From assembly GCF_006345805.1 (NCBI RefSeq), contig NC_043009.1, positions 72,230,001-72,294,000 of the forward strand: 64,000 bases of DNA. Reading direction: 5' to 3'. Under the pieces are notes generated by a model. That model was given only the letters and a program-made list of their open reading frames with translations. It was not told the origin of the DNA and did not search any database. Source of the stretch: Octopus sinensis. Taxonomy: Eukaryota. Each line of letters opens with the position of its first letter. Positions within the stretch are counted from its first letter, which is position 1. This document shows, piece after piece, positions 12,330 through 26,396 of this stretch. The position numbers were made by a program, and so were the translations under genes.

Positions 12330-14103
12330 CTCAGGTAAATGGCCCTCTCACCATGTAGGAAAGGGGAAGTATCTAGTATAAGCTATGGACACACAAGAGG
12401 TACTCTGAAATTGCAGGAAGGTTAATGGAGAAAGTATATTTTGTTGGTGGAAGATGCACAGGTGTTATAAAGTCCAAGTTCATATGGGATATTGGTCCTC
12501 TTAAATTCTCTGGAGGCTTTGAGAAGTAATAGCTAGCTTTTGTTACCTAGGCAACCTAATTAGCAATGGAGGAGGATATTCTAAAAGTTTAGTTACTAGA
12601 ATGGAGAAAGTTCAGGGAGCTATTACCTGTTGGCAACAGAAGGTCTCTCTCTCCAAATGAAAAGCAGATTATATGATGCTTGGGTATGTATAGTGATGCT
12701 TATTTAGTAGTTTGACATGGACCCTGAATACAGATGACATACAAAGACTAGAATGGAATGAAACTACTATGCTCTTTTAGATGTGTGCAGTATTAATGTA
12801 CATGTACAACAAATTGCAAATGTATTGAGTAAAATTTGACATAAGAGGAATCAAATGTAGCATACAAGAGAGAAGACTGCATTGGTTTGATTCTGTGATA
12901 CATATGGATGAGGACAGTTTCATTGCATAAACAAGTGCTGATCACTTAAAGTAGCTTGAACTCATGGAAGAGGTTGACCCAAGAAGACATGGATTGAGAT
13001 ATTGAAGGCTGATTTCAAGATGTTGAGCCTTACAGAGGAGATAACAAAGGACCAAGCAGACTCGCCCATTATGGTAAAAATGATATCCTAAAACCACTCA
13101 GATATGTTTGTATGTATGAGGCCATGTGCCCACTCCTCTCTCCCTGACGTATCAACCATTCCTCCCCCAACATCTATGGTACTATGTGGTTGCTGTACTC
13201 ACTTGCTAGAAATATTGTATGTATTGTATGTATTACATCCCATACCCTTCCAAACATTATCCGCCCCCCCAAGCTACTTCTATTCCTAATCCTCTCTACC
13301 CAAACCATTTCAACCAATTACCTCTTTTCTGTGCCTTTAACCACTGCTCTTTCCCCCCCCTCCCTTCTATTATATTCCATTCTAAACACTTCTGTTATCA
13401 TTCTCCATTACCTCTCATATCCACCATGTATCACTCTCTCTCTCTTTCCACAGTTGCTACACCTTAAATATCATTGTATTACTTTCTATTCTATTTTTCC
13501 TGAGCCACTCCTTTATCCCTCACCTGACATCTCTGCATACTCATATTTTCCATCATTTACACCCTTTTCTTTGTTCTTCACCCACTACACTAAGCTCTAT
13601 CTCCATTTGTTTATTACCTTCTCAGATTCTTATGAAAGAATCCACTTTCTCATCCCATCCTTGTTCCTTGAGAGTTTGCTTTAGGACGCCTTCACTACCT
13701 TTGTTTCTTTTTTCTCCTTCAGCTGTATACCTCCACCATAGCAAAACACCTGTGCTTATCCCTCTAGCATACTTTAGCCTTTCAACATCTGGCATACTGC
13801 CACTCATCTTCACCTTCCCCTCTTGAATACTTCTTTGTAGTGGGAGCTTTTTCTTCCTTTCCTTCTCCCCATTCTCTATTCTTTGCTGTCTTACAAGTTA
13901 CATGGCAACCTTATTAGTACCATTGATGCAAAAAAAGCACCCAGTACACTCTGTAAAGAGGTTAGCATTGAGAGGGGCATCCAGCCATAGAGACCATGCC
14001 AAAAATGACCATGTTGGAGCTCAGCATGGCCTTTGCAGCTCACTGGTTCGTTGTTAAAGCATTCCAACCCTTGTCAGTGTGGAAAGCAAACATTAACTGA
14101 TGA
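12330..14103 (+). mobile_element. Old RTE-clade LINE 3' portion with long pyrimidine-rich 3' UTR and terminal aaaagcaccc...gggcatccagc module
   Basis: Degenerate post-RT sequence (SGKWP, SFCYLGNLIS, GRPKKTW), then C/T-rich stretch 13100-13890, then terminal module 13895-14103. Confidence 0.6.
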
Positions 14104-14249
14104 AAATAAGCACCACACTGAAATAATTACTGAGGCCAGTGGAATTCACTAATGATTTCAAGGTGTTACTCCAGCATGGATACAGCCTTATGATTGAAAC
14201 AAACACACATCAGAGTGTACTGGGTTTTTATTTTTCATTTTTATTTTTA

Positions 14250-14800
14250 CACTAGCTCTAGCAAGGTTGCCATGCAGCTGGCATGATGAAAAATCCTATT
14301 GACTGAGTGGAGGGTGAGGTGGCTGTACGCTAGATGAGGCATAAAAGCATGAGAGAAGGGACCGAAACAGGACAGGAGTTATATGGCTACTTATTGGTGC
14401 AATGGTGGTAAAATAGCTATGCACAAGCGAGGGTGGGTGTGACCATGGTGGAATTGGAACGAAATAAGAATATCAATGGTGTGGTGTCAGAATGACTCCT
14501 CAAAGTAGAAGTGAAAACATGTGGGTGGTGGGGATAGAAAACGGGCTATGGATGAGTAGGGGTTGCTGCATGAGTGTGTTGAAGATGGAGAGTGGGGGAA
14601 GGGCTGAATGTAATGAAGAATAAGTGTTGATGGATGTTAAATAGGGAAAGTAGGAAAGAGTAGGTGACATCTGTAGAAAATGGGTGGGTTTGAGAGTTGG
14701 ATAGCAGGTGAGGGTGACTAAGGATATGATTTGGGGGAGAGTGGGAGAAAAGTGAAGAGTTCAAGAATACTAATGTTACTGATCACCGAGATGAGTTGGA
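14250..14800 (-). mobile_element. Inverted partial copy of the pyrimidine-rich RTE-type 3' UTR
   Basis: Reverse complement is C/T-rich and ends gctgcatggcaaccttgctagag, matching gttacatggcaaccttattag at about 13897. Confidence 0.45.
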
Positions 14801-17249
14801 AGGGCTGCATCTTTCTCGCATTTAATTCTTGATTTAGTTCCCCTGGTTGGCTGTTCTTTCTAACACCAAACATTTTGCAGTGTCCTGGATGCTCTTCCCA
14901 TTGGACCAACACTAGAGACGTTATGTCAAGGACATGACTAAAGGGGTGTAATTGGGTACTTAGAATTCTGAAATATATACATATACTTAGGACAATATAA
15001 GGCTAAGAGTATAGGTTGATGACAAAGGCAGTGTCATCAAAATGGAGCAGGGGTATTCAGGAGCAATGATATTCAGGATGTGTGGAAGAGAAAGTGTTTG
15101 CAGATTATATCATCACCATCATTGTCAATATCATTGTTTTAACATCCATGTTTTATGCTTGCATGGGTCAGATTAAAAAACTTTGGGCCAGAGATTTTAT
15201 GGCTGGGTGTCCTTACATTGCCTCCTTCTAGACAATGTAATAATCCCACAGTCTATCAAACAACAAATAACCTGGACATGGTGATATGGGTTATATGGTG
15301 AACTGGAAACAAACACCACCATTTTGAATGAGCCTTTTGCTTAAAAAGATTACATGACACCCAAGATTTATCAAGAATCACAGTCCTGCCTTTGTGGTGG
15401 TCTTCAAACAAAAATCAATCATTTGTATGAACAGTAAGGCCTTTGTCTACACTCAGCAAGCACACATGAAGATAAGAGGAAATACAATCTCTCTCTCTCT
15501 CACTCACTCACTCACACACACACCAAAAACTGACAAGCTTCTTTCAGTTTCTGTCTTCAAATTGCACTCACATGGTATTGCTTGACCTATGGTTGTATTA
15601 AAGGATACAAGCCAATAGTATACATGCTGCAAGGTCCTAACCACATGGCTTTGAAGTGAACTTCTTAACCATACTGTCTTGCCATAAAAACTTTAGACAA
15701 TCTCATCTTTCTAAGAATATCTAGAATGACTATTATTTAATGTTTTATATACATTTTAAATATTGTAGAAATTAACTGCTATTTTCATCATGCTGAGTGA
15801 CTAATTACTATATTTGTTTCTACTGTCCCACTTTCTCTTTCTTCTTTTTTTTTTTGTGCATGTAGTCATTCGTATAGTTATTTTATGTTTGCCTCTTCTC
15901 TTTCTTGATTACTTGCCTTTGTCTCTTTCCTGAAATTCTCTCTCTCATTCGCTCACAGAGAGAGAGAGAGAGAGAGAGTTTAATCTTACAGGCAAAAAGA
16001 CTCTGCACATAGCTTTTTTTTGGAAAAAGTGTCAGACAAAGCATTTTTAATTTATGTGTGAGAGTGAGAGACTGTGCATTGTGAGGTGAACAACACTAAG
16101 ATAGCCCTCACTTGCAATGTTTTCTTCACATTCTTGAGACTGAAATATTATTATTGCTTAAGCAAACCCTAAGACTAAGGTCATGTTGTAATATTTACCA
16201 GCCTCTATATATAATTATATTTCTTTTTCAGACAAGTTATAATGATTTTCACACAGAGAGAAAACGCCTACTACCGTATAAGTTACAATACTAAAGTTGA
16301 TTTTAAGGCTAACTGTGTTAATTATCCTCCATTGGACCTACAAGTTAAAGCTCTGCACTCGCCACGCCCCATATAAAAATAAAAAAATAATGGCGGCAAC
16401 AAGACTTCAGCTGTTGGTAAGTTACCTGAAAGTTAAAATATATTCAGATATTCACCAGTTCAACCTAATAAAATCATATTTAAAATACCATTTTATTGAA
16501 AACATCAAAATTTAAATATAAAATTTAATAATCTTGATAGATGCTAACAATAAAGAAGAGGATGCATCTTGCATTTGTGAGGTACCAGATTTGATTCTAC
16601 TGTTTGGCATCTTGGGAAAATGTATTTTACAAAATCCTGGGACCAAACCAAGCATTGTGTGAAAATTTGGGTTGTTTAGAGTTAATTCATCCCTGATTAA
16701 GCAGACATATCATCAAGGTATTCTGGCAATGACTGTCTCCTATTTTGTATCTATGACTACCTCATCCATTGTCCTTCCCTCTCTTTTGAAGATAGAGCAT
16801 CTATTGTCAATGAATTGAAGAATGACACAGTAACTTCCTTGTTGACATCAAAGTGCATCAGATGAACTATTTGTTGTTCGATGGACCAGCTTTGTCTGAA
16901 TGATGATTATCTTACAGGTTTAGTTAAGTAATCACATAGAAGTAAGGTGTTTAGGATGTTATGGTTTGGTAAACTATATAGTAGGGTTATTTCTGTCTGA
17001 CTTCATGAAGACAAAAATTTGGCAACAAAATAAACTGTATATCAGAGAATGATCAAAATAATCATCTTGTTTTAACTATTTGTCTAGTTAAATATGCCTT
17101 CAAATCACACCCTACCGTATTAAAGGAAGAGTCATTGTTCAATGTAGTTGTATGTATAAATCAACATTTTACATCTACTTTTCATGTTTGCTTATATTAA
17201 AAAGGTTTTCTGCAACCCAGTAGCCCACTATTTATTGTTCCTTTGTGAG

Positions 17250-17800
17250 GTTCAGCACCCTGAGGTTAGCTTTCTTCACTTCTATTTTGTCTTCTTGAAG
17301 TTTCCTTTTCCAGCCACTTGGATCTCCTGATGCCTCTTTATATGACTACTAGTATCCATACATATTACATAGCTACGTCACTTCAGTATCTTGCAGACCA
17401 CACCTGATTTCTTTTGTGTCCAGTATTTCTTTTAAGCTCATATATACCTTGTAGTTCATTCATACTAATATTCTACATATAACAGAGCATGCTTATTTCA
17501 TTTTTGTCTAGTTTTTACAAATCCTCTGCATTTGTTAACTCATATCTCACTACCATGTAATTTCACACTTTGTATATAAGCATTGTTTAATCTACATTTA
17601 CTCAGAGAGAATGAATGCCCTTGATGTCAGCAAACGCAATAGCACCTTGAACTTATTCCACCCTATTCTTATTCTGGCTATTATCCTTTTGAAGCACTTC
17701 TCTTCATCACTGATTAGGTTGCCTTGGTAATGGAAGCTATAACCAATTTTTGTGGGGCCTTCTAAGCATTAAAGATCTGGTCTGTAGTAAACTGAACTAA
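17250..17800 (-). mobile_element. Old RTE-clade LINE fragment (post-RT region)
   Basis: Minus-strand translation gives LISDEEKCFKRIIARIRIGWNKFK, matching the RVRIAWAKFRE region of the other RTE copies. Confidence 0.6.
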
Positions 17801-18524
17801 TCTGTGTTGAGTAGTACATTTGTCACTGGAAGAAATTACAATAGGTTGTGAATATTGTTTCTGAAAAAAGGAAGTCTGGTTGAACACCTCTGATCATATG
17901 TTTACTTGATCAGGCTTGGGCTCTCTTTTTATTATTATTATTATCATCATCATCATCATCATCATCTATTAGTCAATGAGGAAGGGTAGTTCTTTGACCT
18001 TTTATAGGATCTTCAAGAGAGGATACCTTACTTGCTACTACCAGTCTGGAGATTGAACCTGAATTCTTGCTACAGATTGGATTCTGTTAAAGGTACCCAA
18101 GGACTTGGTGGTGATGTTAAACTGAGTGAAGGATTAAGTCTACAACAGCAGCAACATAACAGTATGTTTGTGACATAATAGATAGAGCATTACCACCATT
18201 AGCTTAGAAATAGATTCTTTGTTCAAATCTAATCTGGTAATTAGACATACATGTAGGAACAAGGTGTCCAATGACAACTAGAAACATTATTAATAGAAAT
18301 GTAGCATAGATGTAAATATTATTTTTTAAAAAGTTTCATTGTAAAAATGATGTTAATTAGTCCAAAAAATGATTATATTAACAAAAACTTAAATATTTAA
18401 TCAATGTAAAATTTTATTCTATTTGGGAAATATATAAATTAACCTCATTGAAACAACAGCAACATTAAAGTTTTTGCATGTTTTCTAAATCACCTAAATT
18501 TTTCAAATTTTGTTTTTCTTTCAG

Positions 18525-18540
18525 TGTCTTGCAAACATAA
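18525..18540 (+). CDS. Candidate terminal coding exon (..R-VLQT-stop) of the host gene, followed by a long AT-rich putative 3' UTR
   Basis: Acceptor ttttgtttttctttcag| at 18524; CG+T GTC TTG CAA ACA TAA completes the phase-2 junction; about 2.4 kb with no recognisable repeats and several AATAAA follow. Confidence 0.4.
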
Positions 18541-21100
18541 AAACATCTCTTGTAGATTAAAATGTCATTGGAAGAAATGGTACATAACAATTTTCAGGAA
18601 AGCAAGAAAATTTTGATTAAAATTCCACTTTTAACTATCAATTTTAATATCAACTTTTTTTCTATAATTGTTGGACATTTCACAGCATCTGACAATCTGC
18701 AAATTAGGAATTTAATTCAGAGCAGTGCTTAAGCTGGAACTTTTCCACCAGGTTGCTGTGGTTATATTTCATTGTATGCATTGTTAATATATCCACCTTG
18801 AAAACAAAACTGTAATTTACAAAGGAGTGTTTTAATATGCAGCCTATATGATGAAACATTTCCTATTGAGTGCAGTAAGATGTTCCTCATATGAAATATA
18901 TTCAATAATCTGAAAAAAGAAAGACACAATGGTTTTCTCTTGTGCTACATACAAAAGGATATGCATGTGAATGAATGATTGTTATATTGGGATATGGGTA
19001 TGTGATTTTAGAGAAATATTCTGACCTATGTGTTTTTTTTTGTTGTTGAAGAATTAACTTTTAACTTGAAGACACTTTTGTCAATTTTTTTGAGGAAAAG
19101 GTCAGGATCAGTGATAATAGAAAAATATTTTTTTATCTTTTTTTTATGAATGTCTTTTACATTGATCCTACTGTAGTAGCTAAATTAGTTTTGAAATACT
19201 GGCAGGATATTTAAAAATATAACCATAAGAAAACAAAGAGGTTTAATTCAATATTGGGTCCTAAATATTTCTTCAGAACTATGAAGGATTCTGTATTTGA
19301 GCCCCTCACCCCCTACCCCAAGAAAAAATTTATTTTCATTAATAGATAATAATATTCTCAAACAGTTCAGGGATTTTTTGTGAAAGATGTGCAAGATATT
19401 AGGCTAAATTATTAAAGTGAAGTCTTGAATAGATGTTTGGATCAACTTTTAAGTAATTATTGTGATGAGACTAATAATGCCTGGTTACAGTGTAAATAAA
19501 GCCTATTGCAAGTATATTTATTAAGGTCTGTGATAATAATAAACTAGTTTGTAAATGTTACCAAAATTCTTAACTGATATGTTAGTTGTGATATTAAGAT
19601 ATTAACCCAGTGAATAAAAGCAATATTTATGTTAATGTTTTCTTATTAAAAATGTACTTAAATGTTATAAGATCCTAATAGATCTATATTTGTTGCCTAA
19701 AATTATGATGAGACAAATTGTCATTGGGAGACTTCCAATGCTGGTGTTTGCATATATTTTCACTAGCATGTAATTTAATATACATGCAACTCTCTACAGG
19801 GAGAATGAATTCAGATAGAAAATAAATAAAACATTCTTCTCTTTGTTAAAATTGCCTTTCTTCCTAATATTTAATTGAAAATAATTTATTGGAAACATAA
19901 AAATTGGTTCCCCAAAAATGACCAAAGCTGAAAGCATATATATGATTGAAAGTATCTGGAATCTAAGTAATTAAAAACTTTATAAGAGTATTTAATTCAT
20001 TGCCTTTTAAATCATTCCCTTTCCTTGTCACTGAAGAAAATTAGTTTATCTATTTACCACTGCCAAAGTTACTATAAAAACAAAAATTTACATTTTTTTA
20101 AAGACAAATCTTTGTTTTTGTTAACATTTTTTTCTCTCTTTTGATATAATCTTTTGATTGTTAATTTCAATTAAGAAATTTCTTTTTACTGTGTTTTTAA
20201 AATCATAGCATAATTTATATTCTTTCATGAAAGAATTTTTTTTAATTCACAAGTGTTATTGTTATTAATGTTCATAATTATGAATCTCTAAACTCTAAAA
20301 TTCAACAGTAACATTTAAAAATGTTTTTTAATATATTTTCTTTTTTTGTTATGCAATAAAACTTGCACCTCATCCCAGTTTTAACTGAGACAAAAAATAG
20401 ACTCTTTGTCTCTTTTATGAAATTATATTTTCTTTGTAGTTTAAGCAATTATCTCAAATGAATTCTTTTGAGCTAGAGATTTCAATGTTTATAATTATCA
20501 AGCTGTGAATTTTCAAAATTAACTTAGAGAAAAAGATCATTATAATTACTTTTATCCCTTAAATTTCAGTTTCAAATAAATGAATCCAAAGTTTATATTT
20601 TATATTAAGAAACAAATTCACAGAAAAGGTCATGAGAAATAAATCTAAATAGCTCCTTAAATTTTTTCCTTTTTTTATCTCTTTTTCCCTTAATCTCAGC
20701 TAAAGCAGACAAACATTACTGCTCATATGAAACATATATCTATTAAATATCTAGAAGTATCTAAGACACATAACATTGTGTCTGGAAACGTCTCTATTTG
20801 AGGTAATTTGTCATATTAATAAAGAGATGAAAAAAATCTGTTCTCTACATCATCAAATTAATTGCTCAAATATCTTATTAACAAACTTCTAAATAAGATT
20901 AAAGTTTAAAATTTGGAGCCTGAAAATGTAATGCTACGACAGTAAACCTGCACTGAGGTTATAAACACTAAGCTAACAAGTGAGCCATTACAATGTTACT
21001 CATTATACTAGAAGTAGTGACCAACACCCATTGTCTCAAAAGGAGATGTTGAACAATGCTATCTCTGATACAAAAGTTAGGACGGTGTCTGTCAAAACTA

Positions 21101-23290
21101 CATCATCATCATTTAGCATCCATTGTCCATACTGATATGGGTTGGATGGTTTGACCAGAGCTGGCAAGGAAGGCTGCACCAGGTTCCAGTCTGATTTGGC
21201 ATGGTTTCTATGGCTTGATTCCCTTCCTAACCCCAACCACTCCGAGAGTCTAATGGGTGCTTTCACATGTCACTGGCATGGGTGCCATTTTCATGTAACT
21301 GGTACCTGCCATGACTGAAATTTTACTTGGCTTGATGAGTCTTCTCCTCAAGTGCAACGTAAGGTCTCTGTCATTGCATCCATGAGGCACAACACTTGAA
21401 AGGAGCTTTTCATGTGTCACCAGCATCAGCCACTTTGCTGCCATGAGGCCAAATGCTTGAAAGGGCTTTTCATGTGCCATCAGCACAAGTGCCAGTTATG
21501 TGACACCTGCATTAGCCACAACTACGATTTCACTTGGCTTGATGTGTCTTCTCAAGCACAGCATATCGCCAAAGGTCTTGGTCACTAGTCATTGCTTCTG
21601 TGAGGCCCAAAGTTTGAAGATCATACTTCACCACTTTGTTCCATGTCCTTCTGGGTTTACGTCTACCACAGGTTTCCTCCACAGTTAGAGATTGGCACTT
21701 CTTTTCACAGCTGTCTTCAAGTTCCATACGCATTCCATGACCATACCAATGCAGTTGTCTCTCTTGCACACCACATCTGATGGCTCTTATGCCTAACTTT
21801 TCTCTCAAAAGGCTTTCAATCTGTGGAGCATGAACTCTGACATTTCACCTCCAGCAAAGCATACTGGCTTCATTTCTTTCAAGCCTACGCATGTCCTCAG
21901 GTAGTCACATGTTTCACTGCCATGTAACGTAGCTGTATGCACACAAGCATCATACAATCTACCTTTCATTCAGGAGAGTCCCTTTATTGCCAGCAGAGGT
22001 AGGAGCTCTCTGACCTTTACCCAGCCTAATCTTATTCTCACAGGTACGCTTTCGGAGCATCCACCTCCTCTACTAACTTGATCACCTAGATAACAGAAGC
22101 TATCTACTACCTCTAGCTTACCCCACTGGCAGTTGATGGAGTCTATTTTCTGTACATTTTTGCTGTTTATTGTACCTGTGCATCTTCCACTCACAAAAGC
22201 AATTTCCCCTGTTAACATTCCTCTGATATTGCTGCACTGCTTACACTGGGTACTTCTTATGGAGTTTCTACCTATGCCTTTCCTACAGATTGAGTAGGGC
22301 CATCTACCTGAAGGGATCTGTGGTTTGTCTGCCTTACTACTTACTAAGACTTTGGCTTTTGCTAGGTTAATACTAAGGCCCTTTGATTCTAGATCTTGCT
22401 TCCATACCTGAAACTTCTCAGCTATAAGAAAATGGTCATCAGCATAGAGATGCTTCCAAGGGCAATCTATCTTAAATGTCTTTATTGCCTGGAGGACTAT
22501 GAGAAACAACAGGGGCTGAGAACTGATCCTTGGTGAGCCCCTACTTGTACCCTGAATTTTTCACTGAACCTCACCTTATTGATAACATCCCTGTACATAG
22601 CTTGTACAGCTCTTACCAACCTCTCATCTATCCCTATTTCCACATTAACCACCAGCTAAGGGATCGGGGGACCCTGTCAAAGGCTTTCTCCAAGTCAACA
22701 AATGCCAAGTATAGCATTTTATCTGCAGCTGCCTCACCAGAAATATAGCATCAGTGGTGCTTCGCCTTGGCACAAAACCAAACTGCATCTCATCGAGCCT
22801 AACTTCCTCTCCCTAATTAGTTGAGCTGTGACCCTCTCCATAACTTTCATCGCCTGATCCAACAATTTGATACCTCTGTAATTATTGTTATATAAGGCCT
22901 TACCTTTACCTTTGTAGCAGATGACTATGGTGCTGCTACACTAGTCATTGGTATGACATCTTCATGAACCACCTGATTTACAATACAGGTGACTAAACCA
23001 CAACGAACACCACCAGATATTTTAAGCATCTCAGTGGTGATTCCTGATGGGCTGGGGGCTTTCCCTGTCTTTATATTCTTCGTGACTTTATCTACCAAGG
23101 TATTGTTGATTCAGCTAGCTGGTCCCTCAATTGGGTCAACATTTGGCAGACTCTCCTCCTCCCATTCATTCTCTACATTCAGCAGTCTTTCATGGTAGCA
23201 TTTCCAAGCCCCTTTCTTTGCAGAATCATTAAATGCAGGTGTGCCGTCATCCATGTGGACAAAATGGTTTCTTATTTGGGTATATGACCA
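21101..23290 (-). mobile_element. Decayed RTE-clade LINE (RT and 3' UTR)
   Basis: (CAT)n tail at 21101; minus-strand HLYADD, GRWPYSICRKGIGRNS, KLEVVDSFCYLG, YHERLLNVENEWEEESLPNVDP. Confidence 0.85.
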
Positions 23291-26179
23291 ACACTTTCGA
23301 GGAGAGGGGTTAATTGATGTCACTGATTTAGGTCTGATGAAAAGCAAAGTTGATTTCAGCAGGACTTACAGATATGCACAGCATACTGAAAGTAGCCCAA
23401 AATAGGCATTAGACACATCAGTACTGCCACTATAATTATACAAACCAAAACAAAATACTGTACATACTCAATCAAAATCACAAATTTTATTTAACCTGGA
23501 CAGATTTGATCTTGGAATGTAAAAAGTTTACAACTAAAATCTACAAGGTCAACACTTTTCTGTTTCTAAAATCTACTGTTGTCTTGGATACTGCACTAAG
23601 TTTAATTCTCAGCTGCCAGAAGTTGTAGTTCTTTAGGTGCAACTTCTTACTACCAGATATAACTAAAACTAGATATTCATATCTAAAATAGGTGTCTTTA
23701 TATTCATCTTTAACTATCTGTTCATATTACTCCCAGTTTATTTTCAAAATCTTTGTATCCATTGACAATGTTTTATTTTTATTTGTCATTAGTTGACGGC
23801 CTAGTTGTTGATTCTTAGGTGGACTTGGCCCACTTCATGTGCTCAAGCACTAATCACTTATTATTTATAGTATCATTTAATCTTACATCCTCCATTAACT
23901 TCGGTCATTACATTGTGGCTATATCAGGGTACTACCTTTGATTGCTTAGTTAGTTATATCAGTCCCAGCACTTCAGTCTGGTACTCAGTTTATTTAAGTA
24001 CCAGTTACAGAACAAAATGAAAATCTTATTGTAAGTATGAATAAGGTCTAATACGTGTGCATATACTTTTACTCAGTTCAACCATGGTTGAACAGATTTC
24101 TGTACAATACATTTCTTCAGGTATGTCTCAGTTGGTCATCTTGTTCACAAAGTCCAGTTTCCTAATCTCAAGTCATGTTTTGCTGCATTACTATATGTTA
24201 TAATTTGCAGAACTATTTTTAGTTGTTATATTCTTTGTGCTACTCATTATTTTTGCTTCCTGCATATGTTTGCCAACATCCATGTTAATGTAGTTAAATT
24301 TCTGTTTTCTTGTTCTCAGAATGGTAGTATACATTGAATAATTTTGTACTGGATATATTGTTTGAGGAAAAACTTTGTATAATTGTAATGAGTAGATCTT
24401 TTATCACAGGTCTGCTGAATAAGATGATGTAGCTACTAAATAACGCTCTGAAAACATAAGTTCCAGAGATTTCTGTACTTAACACATGTAACTCCTAAGC
24501 TGAATCCTTGCAAACCTGGATGAGCAGACATAAATTGGTGGCAAATTTAGTTTAATTTGAAACTACTCCTTCCCACAACCTAAATTTTTAACCAATACTC
24601 TCCTGTAATAGTTCATCATTTTTATTCCACTTATTCAACAAATTATAATTGAATACAAACCAAAGAGGGAGCCTGTCATCACTTCATGTGTCAGAAATAG
24701 CAGCCAAATCTCCTTTAAATCATGCATTTCTTGAAGCAAGTATCTGCTGTTTTAGAAAATCTGAAAAGAAATGAGAAAGTTTTGAGATTTTCATGGTTCT
24801 AATATCTTTTAATCAGAAGTCTGCTTAAGACTGAATGATGAGGGGATAGACAACAAAAGTAATTAGAATATTTATGTTTAGAAGAATCTTAAATTTTTTC
24901 TTGTAATTAAGAAAGTGTCTGTAACTAAGTACTAAGGGCATTTTGTTTGATTTTCTATTGACTCTGCCAATCCACATGAAATAAGTAGTTATTAGAGAAA
25001 TGTATCAATGTTTATTAGAACTTTTCAAGTATGTAGATCTAAATTCAGTCATGGTAGATTAAATTTAATCTGTCTTGCATGTATTGGGGTCAACACCACT
25101 GCAATATAAAAAAATCTCAGTAAACCAAGTCTGTGAACTTACTTTTAAAATTAACTGGAACTATTCATTGTATAAAAATATATTTACATCACTTTATATC
25201 ACAAAATATATTTACATTCCTTTTGTATCTAACAAAAACAAACAATTGAGTTGTATGTAAATGGTAATGAAAAGAATTCTTTTTAAGTGTGTCATCTTCA
25301 TTAAAACTGTAGTTGTGTTATTGCTGTAAAATCAGTTATAAATTTCAATAAAGCTCAAACATTGATGTTTTTATATAATTTTTGTTTTTGTGTTGTCTGG
25401 AAAATGGGTTGTGATCACCCTTGTTACTATTCCTCTAAAAGAAGTTCAAATTTATGGCTAGTAGAGAAACATACACAAAGAGAAAATTCCTGAGGGTCAA
25501 CATTGTGGTGGACACTATGGAAGACTGCATTCACCCACCTCCTACAATTTGATTTTTGTCCCCAAGGGAGTGATTCACCCCTGGTTGAGAACCACTGAAG
25601 AAAAAGATGAGGGAATTGACTGCAAAGAACAATGGTTGGCAGAATAAGGTGGGTTTCCCTTTATAGAAAGGGATCATACTAGTGTATTTCCAAGGATAGG
25701 GATATTATCACTATAGAGGAAAAGCAGATTGAAGACTTTGTCTTGAATAGAGGCTAGCTCAAGGGCTCATTGTTGGATGGAAAATGTTAGGCCAGTAACC
25801 AGATCTGCTTTTGAAATATATGGTATACATGGTTACATGAGTGATAGAATGGAAAGGGTATTTTGACATATTTAGTGTGGAGGGATATTTCATTTTTTGT
25901 CCTCTAGTAGACGCATTACTTAGAGAACCATTCCAGCCTGGACATAGAATGAAGGCAGAGATTTACCTGCAGATTGTATGATCTCTGAAAGCATCTTTCA
26001 TATTTTTAATAATAGAATTATAGTTCTGGATAAAAGCTGTCTAGATTGTAGAAGTAGGTGACTTTCTCCTAGTCTTCTTTACTTGGAGTGTAAGTATATG
26101 TGAACCACTTGAAATTTGGTTTTATGTTATTCTTGTTAACAGAAAAAAGGGCTGTGAAAGAGAGAAATTTTTTTGTTAA

Positions 26180-26396
26180 CCCTTTTGTTATATTTCTGTT
26201 GAGATACTGTGTTTTTTTCAATTAATTTTAAATATAACAAAGAATTTAGTAAGAATAACTTAGTTATCATTAAGCTAGTTTTAGGAACATAAATTGTGAC
26301 TAAGGTTGGTGGAAGATTTTAATTCACAACTTTTGAGAACCAGACATTTGTCCTACAGAACCAGAAGCTGTTTCAGGTGGGATGGTATCAAAAGTG
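26180..26396. mobile_element. piggyBac-type MITE
   Basis: TTAA at 26176-26179 and 26397-26400; degenerate TIRs cccttttgtta / (rc) cacttttgatac; left end resembles the left end of 29353-30428. Confidence 0.65.

Noticed and set aside
13184-13684. 166-aa hydrophobic, membrane-protein-like ORF
   Set aside because: Artefact of the C/T-rich retroelement 3' UTR
24076-24093. 18-bp perfect palindrome containing ACCATGG, with nearby splice-like sites (24077-24120)
   Set aside because: One 9-bp-arm palindrome is not unexpected by chance in 64 kb, and no linked downstream exon was found
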